Positions 1 through 14,256 are shown, numbered from the stretch's first letter. The stretch is DNA of 64,000 nt from Escherichia coli (GCF_017348835.2 NZ_CP071375.1), one strand, 5' to 3'. The notes: a model not told the origin generated them from the letters alone. Numbers and translations: made by a program.

Positions 1-2329
1 AGTGGCCCGTCAACGTGGATTAAGGTCAGCGGTTCTGGCAGAGAAAGATTGATGGGCGACGATAAACCCGGTTCCAGCATTTGCAGCGCGCTGCCGACCA
101 CTTCTTCCAGCGTTAACCACTCTTTCTTCAAATTAAAGCCGCCGGACTGAATTCGCGCCATATCCAGTAGATTATTCACCAGTCGGGTAGTGTTCAGCAC
201 GTGCTGACGGATCTCGCTGGCCTGGCGGGCGTGGGGTGATCCTTCGCTTGCCAGATCGAGCGTTAAGATTTCTGCCTGACCAAACAGCACCGTAAGCGGA
301 GTGCGTAAATCATGCGAAAGCGCCGCCAGCAGGGCGTTACGGATCTGTTCACGTTCGCTTGCCATCCGCGCCTGTTCTTCGCTGGCGGTCAGCGTCAGCC
401 GCTCAAGCGCATTGGCGACTAACAGCGTAAACGTCTCCAGCAGGCGCTGCTGTTCCGGGATCATCAACTGACGCAGATTCCCCGGTTCCACCACCACCAG
501 CCCGTAGGTTTTCTCACCGCTTTTTAACGGCAAAATCTGGTACGGCACGCCGGGTAACGTGTCGGTGCCCGCACCCGCAGGCAGGCCTTTATCAAAACTC
601 CACTGCGCGATGGCATCGTCCCACGGCGTCATTCCTTGCGGATGTGTTAACGGCTGCAATTTACCGTTGTCATCGGGCAACAACACCTGACTGCGGGCAT
701 GAAACGTGGAGGCAATAAATTGTTCGCTGGTGGCGGCGATGTCCTGCGGACTGCGGCCCACCGCCAGAGCTTTCGACATTTCATATAAGTGCCGTGTGCG
801 TTGCTCGCGGTAACGGGCTACCCGCGCCTGATAACGCACACCCGCAGTAAGGTTCCCGATCACCAGCCCGACGGTTAACATCACCGCGAAGGTCAGCAGA
901 TATTGCACATCAGAGACGGCGAGCGTGCCGCGTGGGGCGATAAAAAAGAGATCGAAACTCACCACATTAATGACGGTAGCAACCACCGAAGGCCAGCGTC
1001 CATAAAATAGCGCCACCACCACCACGCCAAGTAGATACAGCATCACCAGGTTGGCGGCATCAAACGCCATCAGCCACTGCATGGCAATTAAGGTGATAAC
1101 GGCGCATAACGCGGCGGCAACCACGCATCCCTGAATCTGTACCCGCCACTTGTCTTTAAAAGAGCGGCTATCCGGCGCGTTGTTAATCGTGCGGGCGGGT
1201 GGTTCATCAAGCGCGACCAGAACCTGATCGAGATCGGGGGCGATGCGCGCCAGCCGGTCAGCAAACGTTTCCCGACGCCACCAGCGGCGCGAGGCTGGGC
1301 GACCGAGAATAATCTTACCGAGATTATGTTCACGGGCATAACGCACTACCGCTTTCTCTTCCGCTGGATCAGAAAGTGTTGCCGTCTCCGCGCCCAGCTC
1401 CTGCGCCAGACGTAAGGCGCTGAGAATTGCCCGACGTTTTTTCTCCGGTAAGCGATGCAGGGCAGGGGTTTCAACATACACCGCGTGCCAGACGCTCCCC
1501 AGCCGTGACGCCAGCCGCGCCGCCGCGCGGACCAGTTTTTCGCTGCCGGTGTTATGGCCGATGCATAAAAGGATCGCGTCGCGCGTGTGCCAGACTTTCT
1601 CTTCGCCAGGATGCCCCCGCCAGGCGCGCATTTGCTCATCAACGCGATCGGCAGTACGGCGCAGTGCCAGTTCGCGCAGGGCGATCAGATTGCCTTTGCG
1701 GAAAAAATGTTCAATGGCGCGCTCCGCCTGCCCGGCAATATAGACTTTGCCTTCTTTCAGCCGCTGGCGCAGATCGTCCGGGGGCAAGTCCACCAGAACC
1801 ACGTCGTCGGCGGCATCGAAAAAAGGATCGGGCACGGTTTCCCGTACCTGAATTCCGGTGACGCCGCTGACCACATCATTCAGGCTTTCCAGATGTTGAA
1901 CGTTGACGGTAGTGAAAACATCAATACCAACTTCCAGCAGTTCTTCGATATCCTGCCAGCGTTTGGGATGACGGGAACCTGGCGCATTACTGTGCGCCAG
2001 TTCGTCCATTAAGATCAGCGCCGGGCGGCGGGCGAGGGCGGCATCGAGATCAAACTCGCTTATATGCCGCCCACGGTACGCCTGGCGTTTTAACGGCAGA
2101 ACAGCCAGCCCTTCCAGCATGGCGGCGGTATCTTTTCGCCCGTGGGTTTCTACCACGCCAACCACAATATCCAGCCCTTGCGCCCGCAGTCGCTGGGCTT
2201 CTGCCAGCATCGCCCAGGTCTTCCCGACGCCTGCGCAGGCACCGAAGAAAACTTTCAGCTTCCCCCGATGCGGCGCGGCAGTTTGTTCCAGCAGACGATC
2301 GGGGTCGGGACGTAAGGGTTCGTTATTCA
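1..2329 (-). CDS. kdpD: Sensor histidine kinase KdpD (N-terminal ~776 codons; C-terminus lies beyond the window start)
   Basis: Reverse complement at 2329 reads ATGAATAACGAACCCTTACGTCCCGACCCCGATCG = [12 protein letters not shown], the KdpD N-terminus. The frame stays open to position 1. Sits in operon context downstream of kdpC. Confidence 0.9.
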
Positions 2330-2895
2330 TCAAGTTTATCCAGCGCCAGATTGAGTTCGACAATGTTGACGATCGGCTGGCCGATATATTTCACCAGTGG
2401 TTGTTGGCTGTATTTTGCGATCAGTTGCGTGAGCTGTTCAACGCTGAGATTACGCGCTTTCGCTACGCGTGGGATCTGCCAGGCCGCCGCTTGTGGGGTG
2501 ATGTTATTGTCCAGCCCGCTTGCCGACGCCGTCACCAGTTCAACCGGAACGTTCGCGCTGGCATCCGGGTTAGTGGCCCGTAATGCAGCAACGCGTGCGG
2601 CTATTAGTTTATTCAGCTCAGGGTTACTGACTGCCAGATTGCTCCCGCCAGAAGCCTGTGGATTATAGGGCATTTCTGCCGTTGCCGACGGGCGACCATG
2701 AAAATAGCCGTTGCCGGTAAAATTCTGCCCGATTAATGCCGAACCGCGCACCGTATCACCTTCACGAATCAACGAACCATTGGCCTGCCAGGGAAACCAC
2801 CATTGCCCCAGCACGGTGGTCAGCAGCGGGTAAACGCCGCCAGTAATCAATAACAGAAAGATAAATGTCGATAATGCCGGACGTAATCCACCCAT
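2323..2895 (-). CDS. kdpC: K+-transporting ATPase subunit C
   Basis: ORF 2323..2919. Internal Met gives [27 protein letters not shown], matching the KdpC N-terminus. Overlaps the kdpD start. Confidence 0.9.
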   Translation of the reverse strand: MGGLRPALSTFIFLLLITGGVYPLLTTVLGQWWFPWQANGSLIREGDTVRGSALIGQNFTGNGYFHGRPSATAEMPYNPQASGGSNLAVSNPELNKLIAARVAALRATNPDASANVPVELVTASASGLDNNITPQAAAWQIPRVAKARNLSVEQLTQLIAKYSQQPLVKYIGQPIVNIVELNLALDKLDE

Positions 2896-2903
2896 GGTAA
2901 ACC

Positions 2904-4952
2904 TCACACCAGACCGCAAACGGTCAGCAGTAAATCAATGACTTTGATACCAATAAACGGCACCAGCAGCCCACCCAGACCGTAAATCCATAAGTTACGG
3001 CGCAACATGGCAGAAGCGGTAAGCGGTTTATAACTCACGCCTTTTAACGCCAGGGGAATCAAAAAGACGATAATCAAGGCGTTGAAAATAACCGCACTGA
3101 GAATGGCGGAGTCGGGCGAATGCAGGCGCATGATGTTCAGCGCATTTAACTGCGGATACGTTACCGCGAATGCCGCCGGAATAATGGCGAAGTATTTCGC
3201 CACATCGTTGGCAATGCTGAAGGTGGTCAGCGAGCCACGGGTCATCAGCATCTGTTTGCCAATATGTACCACCTCGATCAACTTGGTCGGGTTAGAGTCG
3301 AGATCCACCATATTGCCCGCTTCTTTCGCCGCCTGAGTACCAGAGTTCATCGCCACCGCGACATCTGCCTGCGCCAGCGCCGGAGCATCGTTGGTGCCGT
3401 CGCCGGTCATCGCTACCAAACGGCCTTCCGCCTGATACTGACGGATCAATGCCAGCTTGGCCTCCGGTGTCGCTTCGGCGAGAAAATCATCGACGCCCGC
3501 TTCCGCGGCAATGGCGGCGGCAGTCAGACGGTTATCGCCGGTAATCATCACCGTTTTAATACCCATTTTGCGCAGCTGGGCGAAGCGTTCTTTAATGCCG
3601 CCTTTGACGATATCTTTCAACGCAATAACGCCCAGCACACGAGAACCTTCCACCACTACCAGCGGCGTGGCTCCCTGACGCGCAACCTGATCGACTTTTT
3701 GATCAACATCGGCAGGGAAGTGACCACCGTTAGCCTCAACGTGGCGGCGAATGGCATCGACAGAACCTTTACGGATCATGCGGTTGTCGATGTTGATCCC
3801 GCTCATCCGGCTTTGCGCAGTAAACGGTACAAAGGTGGCATGGAGCGACTGCACATCGCGCTCGCGCAGGTTAAAACGCTGCTTGGCGAGGATCACAATA
3901 CTGCGGCCTTCCGGCGTTTCATCAGCCAGCGAAGCCAGTTGTGCGGCGTCAGCCAGCGTTTTTTCATCCACGCCCTGCGCAGGGATAAACTCCGATGCCT
4001 GACGGTTACCGAGCGTGATGGTGCCGGTTTTATCCAGCAGCAAGACGTCAACGTCACCCGCCGCTTCAACCGCCCGCCCGCTGGTGGCAATCACATTCGC
4101 GCCCAGCATCCGACTCATCCCGGCGACGCCGATCGCTGACAACAGGCCGCCAATAGTGGTTGGGATCAGACAGACCAGCAGCGCCACCAGTACCGTTACG
4201 CTGACTGCATTACCGCCCCACGCGGAAAACGGCCACAGTGTGGCGGTTGCCAGTAAAAAGACGATAGTCAGGGCAATCAGCAGGATGGTCAGGGCAATCT
4301 CGTTCGGCGTTTTGCGTCGCTGTGCGCCTTCCACCATCGCGATCATCCGATCCAGAAATGTCTCGCCGGGGTTAACGCTACACTCAATCACCAGCCAGTC
4401 AGAAAGAATACGCGTGCCGCCGGTGACGGAGGCAAAATCGCCGCCGGATTCACGGATCACCGGTGCCGATTCCCCGGTGATGGCGCTTTCATCGACCGAT
4501 GCGCCGCCTTCAATGACTTCACCATCGCAGGGGATAATATCGCCAGCTTCTACCAGCACGATGTCACCTTTACGCAGTTGATCGGCAGGAACTTTGTCTG
4601 CCACAGCGCCATATTTCGGTTCGCGCAGCTTGCGAGCAAAAGCAGTTTTTTTCACTCCTTTCAGACTGTTGGCCTGCGCTTTACTGCGGCCTTCTGCCAG
4701 CGCCTCGGCGAAATTAGCGAACAGTACGGTGATCCACAGCCAACCGCTAATGGCCGCGCTAAACAGCGCATTGCCGGGCATCGCACCGCTTGCCATCGCG
4801 ATGCTAATACAGGTGGTCAGCAGACTGCCGATCCAGACGATAAACATCACCGGATTGCGCCATTGCGCCTGCGGGTTTAATTTTTTCACCGCTTCTTTCA
4901 GCGCCTGAACGACAAGTGTTGGTTCGAATAGCGCCAGTTGTTTACGACTCAT
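2904..4952 (-). CDS. kdpB: K+-transporting P-type ATPase subunit B
   Basis: 682 aa; [38 protein letters not shown]-type ATPase motifs DKTGTIT and TGDN are present. Confidence 0.95.
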   Translation of the reverse strand: MSRKQLALFEPTLVVQALKEAVKKLNPQAQWRNPVMFIVWIGSLLTTCISIAMASGAMPGNALFSAAISGWLWITVLFANFAEALAEGRSKAQANSLKGVKKTAFARKLREPKYGAVADKVPADQLRKGDIVLVEAGDIIPCDGEVIEGGASVDESAITGESAPVIRESGGDFASVTGGTRILSDWLVIECSVNPGETFLDRMIAMVEGAQRRKTPNEIALTILLIALTIVFLLATATLWPFSAWGGNAVSVTVLVALLVCLIPTTIGGLLSAIGVAGMSRMLGANVIATSGRAVEAAGDVDVLLLDKTGTITLGNRQASEFIPAQGVDEKTLADAAQLASLADETPEGRSIVILAKQRFNLRERDVQSLHATFVPFTAQSRMSGINIDNRMIRKGSVDAIRRHVEANGGHFPADVDQKVDQVARQGATPLVVVEGSRVLGVIALKDIVKGGIKERFAQLRKMGIKTVMITGDNRLTAAAIAAEAGVDDFLAEATPEAKLALIRQYQAEGRLVAMTGDGTNDAPALAQADVAVAMNSGTQAAKEAGNMVDLDSNPTKLIEVVHIGKQMLMTRGSLTTFSIANDVAKYFAIIPAAFAVTYPQLNALNIMRLHSPDSAILSAVIFNALIIVFLIPLALKGVSYKPLTASAMLRRNLWIYGLGGLLVPFIGIKVIDLLLTVCGLV

Positions 4953-4974
4953 ATTCAGTGCTCACTCAATATCA

Positions 4975-6648
4975 TCAGGAGAGATATTCCGCCACCGGAC
5001 CAAGCGCTAGGGCAGGGATAAAGGTCAGTGCGCCAACCAGCAACACGGTGCCGATTAACAGGCCAACAAACAGCGGGCCGTGCGTTGGCAGCGTGCCGGA
5101 GCTGGCGGGTTGGCTCTTTTTACTCACCAGCGAACCGGCAATTGCCATCACCGGGATAATCACCCCGAAGCGACCGACAAACATGCAGAACGCCAGTAAA
5201 CAGTTCCAGAACGGAGAGTTGGCGCTTAATCCGGCAAAGGCGCTGCCGTTGTTGTTAGCGGCGGATGACACGGCGTACAGCACTTCGCTAAAACCATGCG
5301 GGCCAGGGTTGAGCATGGCGCTACGTCCGGCGTCGGTCATCATCGCCAGCGCCGCGCCCATCAGCACCAGTGTTGGAGTAACCAGAATCGCCAGTGCAGT
5401 CAATTTCATCTCACGTACGTCGATTTTTTTACCCAGATATTCCGGTGTACGACCAATCATCAGCCCGGCAATAAACACCGCCAGCAGGACAAACAGCATC
5501 ATGCCGTAAAGACCAGAACCGACACCGCCGAATACCACTTCACCAATTTGCATCAGCCACATCGGCACCATGCCACCGAGAGCGGTAAACGAATCATGCA
5601 TCGCAATCACCGCGCCACAGGAAGCCGCCGTAGTCACGACCGCAAACAGGCTACTGACCAGCACGCCGAAACGGCTCTCTTTACCTTCCATATTGATGCT
5701 GCTGTCCGCGCCCAGTGCCAGCAGATGCGGATTACCCTGAACTTCTGCCCACATCACCACGCCTACGCAGATGACAAAAATCACTGACATCGCCCACAGC
5801 AACATGCGCCCCTGGCGGCGATCGCCCGTCACTTCACCAAAGGCAAAGCACAGCGCTGTTGGGATCAAGAAGATCGCCAGCATCTGCACGAAGTTGGTCA
5901 GTGCGGTTGGGTTTTCAAACGGATGCGACGAGTTGGCATTAAAGAAGCCACCGCCGTTAGTACCGAGCATCTTGATCGCTTCCTGAGAAGCTACTGGCCC
6001 CATGGGTAACAGCTGTTGCGCTCCTTCAACGGTATTCACTGCCTGATAGGGCAGAAAGTTTTGCAGCGCACCTTGTTGAATAAAAAACAGTGCGATCAAC
6101 AACGCCACAGGGACTAGCACCCATAACGTGATGCGTAGCAGATCGACCCAGGCATTCCCGAGTGTGCTCATGCTCTGGCGAGTAAACGCACGGATGAGGG
6201 CAAAAATCACCGCAATCCCGCTGGCGGCAGAAAGAAAGTTTTGTACCGTTAAGCCCGCCATCTGGCTGAAATAGCTCAACGTGGTTTCACCGCTATAAGA
6301 TTGCCAGTTGGTATTGGTGACAAAGCTGACGGCGGTATTCAGCGCCAGATCCCACGACAGCCCCGGCAACTGCTGTGGATTAAGCGGCAGATAGTGCTGA
6401 CCGAGCAACATAAAAAAAAGCACCGCCAGCCCCAGCATGTTCAGGCCGAGAATGGCACAGAGATATTGCTTCCAGTTCATCTCATGGTCAGAGACGCCAG
6501 GTAAACGAAAGAGTACGCGTTCAACGCCCGCTGTACCGGGAAGAGATATGTCATTAATCAGCCGTGCCAGCCCGCTGCCTAAAGGGCGCGCCAGCACCAT
6601 TAACACCAGTAAAAACGTGGCGATCAGTAAGAACCCTTGCGCAGCCAT
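4975..6648 (-). CDS. kdpA: K+-transporting ATPase subunit A
   Basis: Start assigned at the internal Met [24 protein letters not shown] (KdpA N-terminus), giving 557 aa. The tracked ORF extends upstream through kdpF in another frame. Confidence 0.9.
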   Translation of the reverse strand: MAAQGFLLIATFLLVLMVLARPLGSGLARLINDISLPGTAGVERVLFRLPGVSDHEMNWKQYLCAILGLNMLGLAVLFFMLLGQHYLPLNPQQLPGLSWDLALNTAVSFVTNTNWQSYSGETTLSYFSQMAGLTVQNFLSAASGIAVIFALIRAFTRQSMSTLGNAWVDLLRITLWVLVPVALLIALFFIQQGALQNFLPYQAVNTVEGAQQLLPMGPVASQEAIKMLGTNGGGFFNANSSHPFENPTALTNFVQMLAIFLIPTALCFAFGEVTGDRRQGRMLLWAMSVIFVICVGVVMWAEVQGNPHLLALGADSSINMEGKESRFGVLVSSLFAVVTTAASCGAVIAMHDSFTALGGMVPMWLMQIGEVVFGGVGSGLYGMMLFVLLAVFIAGLMIGRTPEYLGKKIDVREMKLTALAILVTPTLVLMGAALAMMTDAGRSAMLNPGPHGFSEVLYAVSSAANNNGSAFAGLSANSPFWNCLLAFCMFVGRFGVIIPVMAIAGSLVSKKSQPASSGTLPTHGPLFVGLLIGTVLLVGALTFIPALALGPVAEYLS

Positions 6649-6737
6649 CAGAACGCCTCCGCATTGATCAGGGCATAAACCAGATAACCCAGTAATAAAA
6701 ACACCAGCAATACGCCGGCTATCACGCCTGCACTCAC
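6648..6737 (-). CDS. kdpF: KdpF, 29-aa membrane subunit of the Kdp complex (GTG start)
   Basis: GTG-AGT-GCA-GGC-GTG... = (M)[28 protein letters not shown]. Its stop overlaps the kdpA ATG. Confidence 0.8.
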   Translation of the reverse strand: MSAGVIAGVLLVFLLLGYLVYALINAEAF

Positions 6738-6812
6738 AGTGCACCTCCAGTGGCCTAAAAGTGATACCGGAAGGGTAGAATTCTGGCTGCAAAGATTTCG
6801 CAAAAATCTGCG

Positions 6813-6838
6813 GGTGGGGTGTAAAAAAAGTATAAAAA
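6813..6838 (-). promoter_or_regulatory. kdpFABC promoter region with a T-rich KdpE operator
   Basis: Reverse complement TTTATACTTTTTTTACACCCC lies ~75 bp upstream of kdpF. Matches the remembered KdpE box of E. coli. Confidence 0.55.
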
Positions 6839-7049
6839 TGGCAAAAGCCATGATTTAACTAATGTTTAGTATTAATTTAACTTTTGTGTAACTTAATTAC
6901 AGGGTGAATGTAAATAAACCATCAATAAGCAAAAATAAGTGGTCGGATGAGTAGTAAAATTACACAAAAGGCGGTACTATTTTCATCAGATAAACAAATT
7001 CATTTTTCCGGTGCTATTCACCGGGTAGATACAAAAGGGGGAGAAAAGT

Positions 7050-7256
7050 ATGGAACTCTACAGAGAATATCCTGCATGGCTTATCTTTTTACGCCGTACT
7101 TATGCGGTTGCAGCGGGCGTTCTGGCGCTGCCTTTCATGCTTTTCTGGAAAGACCGCGCCCGCTTTTACAGCTACCTGCATCGCGTCTGGTCGAAAACCA
7201 GCGATAAACCGGTGTGGATGGATCAGGCCGAAAAGGCAACTGGTGATTTTTACTGA
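7050..7256 (+). CDS. ybfA: DUF2517 family small protein YbfA
   Basis: 68 aa [68 protein letters not shown]. Confidence 0.85.
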
Positions 7257-7285
7257 TTGCTGAGTTCTGAATACATTGAAAACCG

Positions 7286-7316
7286 CTAGTGGAAACGCTG
7301 GCGGTTTTTTTCTTTT
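7286..7316 (+). terminator. Rho-independent terminator after ybfA
   Basis: AAACCGCTAGTGGAAACGCTGGCGGTTTTTTTC: a GC stem followed by a T7 run. Confidence 0.6.
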
Positions 7317-7357
7317 CGCCGTCTACACTTACTCCTGTAAACCGTTCAGGAGCAGTA

Positions 7358-7867
7358 ATGAATCAGCAACGATTTGATGACAGCACCCTAATCCGTATCT
7401 TCGCCCTTCATGAGTTACATCGACTGAAAGAACATGGCTTAACGCGCGGGGCGCTTCTCGATTATCACAGCCGCTATAAACTCGTCTTTCTGGCTCATTC
7501 CCAGCCGGAATACCGCAAACTTGGCCCGTTCGTGGCTGATATTCACCAGTGGCAAAATCTGGATGACTATTACAACCAGTACCGCCAACGCGTAGTTGTT
7601 TTGCTTTCTCACCCCGCCAACCGACGTGACCACACCAACGTTTTGATGCACGTTCAGGGTTATTTTCGCCCGCATATTGATTCCACAGAACGCCAGCAGC
7701 TGGCTGCGCTTATCGACAGTTATCGCCGTGGCGAGCAACCGCTTCTTGCGCCGCTGATGCGTATCAAACACTATATGGCGCTTTATCCTGACGCCTGGCT
7801 TTCAGGGCAGCGTTATTTCGAACTTTGGCCGCGTGTGATTAACTTGCGCCATTCAGGAGTTTTATGA
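7358..7867 (+). CDS. ybgA: DUF1722 protein YbgA, co-transcribed with phr
   Basis: Start at ATG 7358 (MNQQRFDDSTLIRIF...) with AGGAGC RBS. 169 aa. Stop overlaps the phr start. Confidence 0.85.
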   Translation: MNQQRFDDSTLIRIFALHELHRLKEHGLTRGALLDYHSRYKLVFLAHSQPEYRKLGPFVADIHQWQNLDDYYNQYRQRVVVLLSHPANRRDHTNVLMHVQGYFRPHIDSTERQQLAALIDSYRRGEQPLLAPLMRIKHYMALYPDAWLSGQRYFELWPRVINLRHSGVL

Positions 7868-9282
7868 CTACCCATCTGGTCTGGTTTCGCCAGGATTTAC
7901 GTCTGCATGATAATCTCGCGCTGGCTGCCGCCTGCCGCAATTCGTCTGCACGCGTGCTGGCGTTGTATATCGCTACACCACGCCAGTGGGCGGCGCATAA
8001 TATGTCGCCGCGTCAGGCTGAACTTATCAATGCTCAACTGAACGGGCTACAAATCGCGCTGGCGGAAAAAGGCATTCCTTTATTGTTCCGTGAAGTGGAT
8101 GACTTTGCCGCCAGCGTCGAAATAGTTAAACAGGTGTGCGCGGAAAACAGCGTTACTCATCTTTTTTATAACTATCAGTATGAGGTGAATGAGCGGGCGC
8201 GGGATGTGCAGGTTGAGAGAACGCTGCGTAACGTGGTGTGTGAAGGATTTGATGACAGCGTGATCCTGCCGCCTGGCGCGGTGATGACCGGCAATCATGA
8301 GATGTACAAAGTCTTTACGCCTTTTCAAAATGCCTGGCTGAAACGGCTGCGGGAAGGGATGCCGGAGTGCGTCGCTGCACCAAAAGTTCGTAGTAGCGGA
8401 TCGATAAAGCCCGCGCCATCAATTACGCTGAATTATCCTCGTCAGTCTTTCGATACTGCGCATTTTCCGATGGAAGAAAAAGCGGCGATTGCGCAATTAC
8501 GCCAGTTTTGCCAGAACGGTGCCGGAGAATATGAGCAACAACGAGATTTTCCGGCAGTTGAAGGCACCAGCCGTTTGTCCGCCAGCCTGGCAACGGGCGG
8601 GTTATCACCTCGCCAGTGTTTGCATCGCCTGTTGGCGGAACAGCCGCAGGCGCTGGACGGTGGGGCCGGTAGTGTCTGGCTTAGTGAGCTGATCTGGCGC
8701 GAGTTCTACCGTCATCTGATGACGTATTACCCCTCGTTGTGTAAACATCGTCCATTTATTGCCTGGACGGATCGTGTGCAGTGGCAAAGCAATCCCGCCC
8801 ATTTAAAGGCCTGGCAGAAAGGCAAAACGGGATACCCGATTGTTGATGCCGCTATGCGTCAGCTTAACAGCACTGGCTGGATGCATAACCGGCTACGGAT
8901 GATTACAGCCAGTTTTCTGGTGAAAGATTTGTTGATCGACTGGCGCGAAGGCGAGCGATATTTCATGTCGCAGCTGATTGATGGTGATTTGGCAGCCAAT
9001 AACGGTGGCTGGCAGTGGGCGGCTTCTACGGGTACTGATGCAGCGCCGTATTTTCGTATTTTCAACCCGACAACCCAGGGCGAGAAATTTGACCGCGAAG
9101 GCGAGTTTATCCGCCAGTGGCTACCGGAACTACGCAATGTACCGGGGAAATCGGTGCATGAGCCGTGGAAGTGGGCGCAGAAAGCAGGTGTGAAGCTGGA
9201 TTATCCGCAACCGATAGTCGAGCACAAAGAGGCGAGAGTACAAACGTTGGCAGCGTATGAGGCGGCGCGGAAGGGGAAATAA
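7864..9282 (+). CDS. phr: Deoxyribodipyrimidine photolyase
   Basis: 472 aa MTTHLVWFRQDLRLHDNLALAAAC... Carries the photolyase/FAD-binding C-terminal signature WMHNRLRMITASFLVKDL. Confidence 0.95.
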   Translation: MTTHLVWFRQDLRLHDNLALAAACRNSSARVLALYIATPRQWAAHNMSPRQAELINAQLNGLQIALAEKGIPLLFREVDDFAASVEIVKQVCAENSVTHLFYNYQYEVNERARDVQVERTLRNVVCEGFDDSVILPPGAVMTGNHEMYKVFTPFQNAWLKRLREGMPECVAAPKVRSSGSIKPAPSITLNYPRQSFDTAHFPMEEKAAIAQLRQFCQNGAGEYEQQRDFPAVEGTSRLSASLATGGLSPRQCLHRLLAEQPQALDGGAGSVWLSELIWREFYRHLMTYYPSLCKHRPFIAWTDRVQWQSNPAHLKAWQKGKTGYPIVDAAMRQLNSTGWMHNRLRMITASFLVKDLLIDWREGERYFMSQLIDGDLAANNGGWQWAASTGTDAAPYFRIFNPTTQGEKFDREGEFIRQWLPELRNVPGKSVHEPWKWAQKAGVKLDYPQPIVEHKEARVQTLAAYEAARKGK

Positions 9283-9289
9283 CAGACGC

Positions 9290-9430
9290 GTCAGGCAATC
9301 GAGCCCAGATGCCGGATGCGGCGTGAACGCCTTATCCAGCCTACAAATTTGTGCAAATTCAATAAATTGCAGGAAATACGTAGGCCTGATAAGACGCGTC
9401 AAGCGTCGCATCAGGCATCGGTGCTGGCCT
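9290..9430. repeat. BIME/REP cluster (REP-type palindromic units)
   Basis: GCCGGATGCGGCGTGAACGCCTTATCCAGCCTACA and GTAGGCCTGATAAGACGCGTCAAGCGTCGCATCAGGC. Confidence 0.85.
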
Positions 9431-9431
9431 A

Positions 9432-11096
<1,665 letters not shown>

Positions 11097-11183
11097 TTAA
11101 TATGTCAAAAGATTGGCTATCGACGAACTGGCGAGGTAACGCTATGTTAACGGTGTAGCTATCAGAATACGGAAGGCGCGAAG

Positions 11184-11927
11184 ATGAAAAACACCGAACT
11201 GGAACAACTGATTAACGAAAAACTGAACAGCGCGGCGATTAGTGATTACGCGCCGAATGGTTTGCAGGTAGAAGGCAAAGAGACGGTGCAAAAAATTGTT
11301 ACCGGTGTCACTGCCAGCCAGGCTTTGCTCGATGAGGCAGTGCGTCTGGGCGCGGATGCGGTCATTGTGCATCATGGCTACTTCTGGAAAGGAGAGTCTC
11401 CGGTCATTCGCGGAATGAAGCGTAACCGTTTAAAAACGTTGCTGGCGAATGATATCAACCTGTATGGCTGGCATTTGCCGCTTGACGCACATCCTGAGCT
11501 GGGCAATAACGCACAGCTGGCGGCGTTACTGGGGATCACGGTCATGGGCGAAATTGAGCCGTTGGTGCCGTGGGGCGAACTGACCATGCCTGTGCCGGGA
11601 CTGGAGCTGGCTTCCTGGATTGAAGCGCGTCTGGGACGTAAGCCGTTATGGTGTGGCGATACCGGACCTGAGGTGGTCCAGCGCGTCGCCTGGTGCACGG
11701 GCGGCGGGCAAAGTTTTATCGATAGCGCCGCGCGTTTTGGCGTGGATGCTTTTATTACTGGCGAAGTTTCTGAACAGACCATTCATTCAGCCCGCGAGCA
11801 GGGATTGCATTTTTATGCTGCAGGTCACCATGCCACTGAACGTGGTGGTATTCGCGCATTGAGCGAGTGGCTGAATGAAAATACCGATCTTGATGTGACC
11901 TTTATTGATATTCCTAATCCTGCATAA
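11184..11927 (+). CDS. ybgI: NIF3-family metal-binding protein YbgI
   Basis: 247 aa MKNTELEQLINEKLNSAAISDYAPNGLQVEGKETVQKIVTGVTAS. Confidence 0.9.
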   Translation: MKNTELEQLINEKLNSAAISDYAPNGLQVEGKETVQKIVTGVTASQALLDEAVRLGADAVIVHHGYFWKGESPVIRGMKRNRLKTLLANDINLYGWHLPLDAHPELGNNAQLAALLGITVMGEIEPLVPWGELTMPVPGLELASWIEARLGRKPLWCGDTGPEVVQRVAWCTGGGQSFIDSAARFGVDAFITGEVSEQTIHSAREQGLHFYAAGHHATERGGIRALSEWLNENTDLDVTFIDIPNPA

Positions 11928-11949
11928 CGAATAATCAGAGGGATCGAAA

Positions 11950-12606
11950 GTGCAACGAGCGCGTTGTTATCTGATAGGTGAAACGGCGGTAGTGCTGGAA
12001 CTGGAACCGCCGGTGACGCTGGCTAGCCAGAAACGGATCTGGCGACTGGCGCAGCGTCTGGTGGATATGCCGAATGTGGTTGAAGCCATTCCCGGCATGA
12101 ACAATATCACGGTGATTTTGCGTAATCCTGAGTCGCTGGCGCTGGATGCCATAGAGCGTTTGCAACGCTGGTGGGAGGAGAGCGAGGCCCTGGAACCTGA
12201 GTCTCGCTTTATTGAAATTCCGGTGGTTTACGGTGGTGCAGGCGGACCGGATTTGGCGGTGGTCGCGGCGCATTGCGGGTTGAGCGAAAAACAGGTTGTT
12301 GAATTGCACTCCTCCGTGGAATACGTGGTCTGGTTTTTAGGTTTTCAACCGGGCTTCCCGTATCTCGGGAGTTTGCCGGAACAACTACACACGCCACGGC
12401 GCGCTGAACCGCGCTTGCTCGTTCCGGCAGGTTCTGTCGGGATCGGCGGGCCGCAGACTGGTGTTTATCCGCTGGCAACGCCGGGTGGCTGGCAGTTGAT
12501 TGGTCATACCTCACTCAGCCTGTTTGATCCGGCGCGTGACGAACCCATCTTATTACGTCCGGGAGACAGCGTGCGCTTTGTACCGCAAAAGGAGGGAGTA
12601 TGCTGA
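11950..12606 (+). CDS. pxpB: 5-oxoprolinase subunit B (GTG start)
   Basis: 218 aa (V/M)[21 protein letters not shown]. Belongs to the allophanate hydrolase subunit 1 family. Confidence 0.85.
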
Positions 12607-13532
12607 AGATTATTCGTGCGGGCATGTATACCACTGTGCAAGATGGCGGTCGTCACGGTTTTCGCCAGTCGGGTATCAGCCACTGCGGCGCACTGGATAT
12701 GCCTGCGTTACGCATTGCTAACCTGCTGGTGGGTAATGACGCCAATGCCCCCGCGCTGGAGATCACGCTCGGTCAGTTAACGGTTGAGTTCGAAACTGAT
12801 GGGTGGTTTGCTCTGACGGGTGCCGGTTGCGAAGCGCGGCTGGATGATAATGCCGTCTGGACCGGCTGGCGATTGCCGATGAAAGCAGGCCAGCGTTTAA
12901 CGCTTAAACGCCCGCAGCACGGGATGCGCAGTTATCTGGCGGTCGCGGGTGGTATTGATGTTCCGCCGGTAATGGGATCATGCAGCACCGATCTCAAAGT
13001 GGGGATTGGCGGGCTGGAAGGCCGTTTACTGAAGGATGGTGACCGACTCCCGATTGGCAAATCGAAGCGTGATTTTATGGAAGCGCAGGGCGTTAAACAG
13101 CTGCTGTGGGGCAACCGCATTCGCGCCTTGCCGGGGCCGGAATATCATGAGTTCGATCGCGCCTCGCAGGATGCATTCTGGCGTTCGCCCTGGCAGCTTA
13201 GCTCGCAAAGTAACCGCATGGGCTATCGCTTACAGGGGCAAATTTTAAAACGCACCACCGATCGCGAACTGTTATCTCACGGTTTGTTACCGGGCGTGGT
13301 GCAGGTGCCGCATAACGGGCAGCCGATTGTGTTGATGAACGACGCACAGACCACCGGTGGTTACCCGCGTATTGCCTGTATCATTGAGGCTGATATGTAC
13401 CATCTGGCGCAAATTCCGCTCGGTCAGCCGATTCATTTTGTCCAGTGTTCACTGGAAGAGGCACTGAAAGCGCGGCAAGATCAGCAACGTTATTTTGAAC
13501 AATTAGCGTGGCGGCTGCACAATGAAAATTGA
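12600..13532 (+). CDS. pxpC: 5-oxoprolinase subunit C
   Basis: 310 aa [33 protein letters not shown]. Overlaps the pxpB stop. Confidence 0.88.
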
Positions 13533-14256
13533 CCTGAACGCCGATCTGGGCGAAGGCTGCGCCAGCGACGCAGAGCTATTAACGCTGGTTTCCTCTGCCA
13601 ATATTGCCTGTGGATTTCATGCAGGCGATGCGCAAACCATGCATGCTTGCGTGCGTGAAGCAATAAAAAATGGTGTTGCAATTGGCGCTCACCCGAGTTT
13701 TCCCGACAGGGAAAATTTTGGTCGCAGCGCCATGCAGCTGCCGCCAGAAACCGTTTACGCCCAGACGCTGTATCAAATTGGCGCGCTGGCAACGATTGCC
13801 CGTGCGCAAGGCGGCGTAATGCGTCATGTCAAACCGCACGGCATGTTGTACAACCAGGCGGCGAAAGAAGCACAACTGGCAGACGCCATCGCCAGAGCGG
13901 TATACGCTTGCGATCCAGCATTGGTTCTCGTTGGGCTGGCAGGAAGCGAGCTGATTCGTGCAGGCAAGCAATATGGCCTGACAACGCGCGAGGAAGTGTT
14001 TGCCGATCGCGGTTATCAGGCTGACGGCTCGCTGGTGCCGCGAAGCCAGTCAGGCGCGTTGATTGAAAACGAAGAACAGGCGCTGGCGCAAACGTTGGAG
14101 ATGGTGCAACACGGCAGAGTCAAAAGTATCACCGGCGAATGGGCAACAGTCACGGCGCAAACGGTCTGCCTGCATGGCGACGGCGAGCACGCACTGGCGT
14201 TCGCCCGCCGACTACGCTCTGCATTTGCCGAAAAGGGGATTGTTGTCGCAGCATAA
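13522..14256 (+). CDS. pxpA: 5-oxoprolinase subunit A (LamB/YcsF family)
   Basis: 244 aa [36 protein letters not shown]. Confidence 0.9.
   Translation: MKIDLNADLGEGCASDAELLTLVSSANIACGFHAGDAQTMHACVREAIKNGVAIGAHPSFPDRENFGRSAMQLPPETVYAQTLYQIGALATIARAQGGVMRHVKPHGMLYNQAAKEAQLADAIARAVYACDPALVLVGLAGSELIRAGKQYGLTTREEVFADRGYQADGSLVPRSQSGALIENEEQALAQTLEMVQHGRVKSITGEWATVTAQTVCLHGDGEHALAFARRLRSAFAEKGIVVAA

Noticed and set aside
3264-4139. 291-aa ORF antisense to kdpB (and several 60-190-aa ORFs opposite kdpA/kdpB)
   Set aside because: Shadow ORFs inside confidently identified kdp genes.
6947-7207. 86-aa ORF overlapping ybfA in another frame
   Set aside because: The 7050-7256 frame gives the conserved YbfA sequence. 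The overlapping ORF is spurious.
9290-9430. Repetitive palindromic units that could superficially resemble a CRISPR array
   Set aside because: These are imperfect REP/BIME palindromes with variable spacing, not regular repeat-spacer units. No cas genes in the window.
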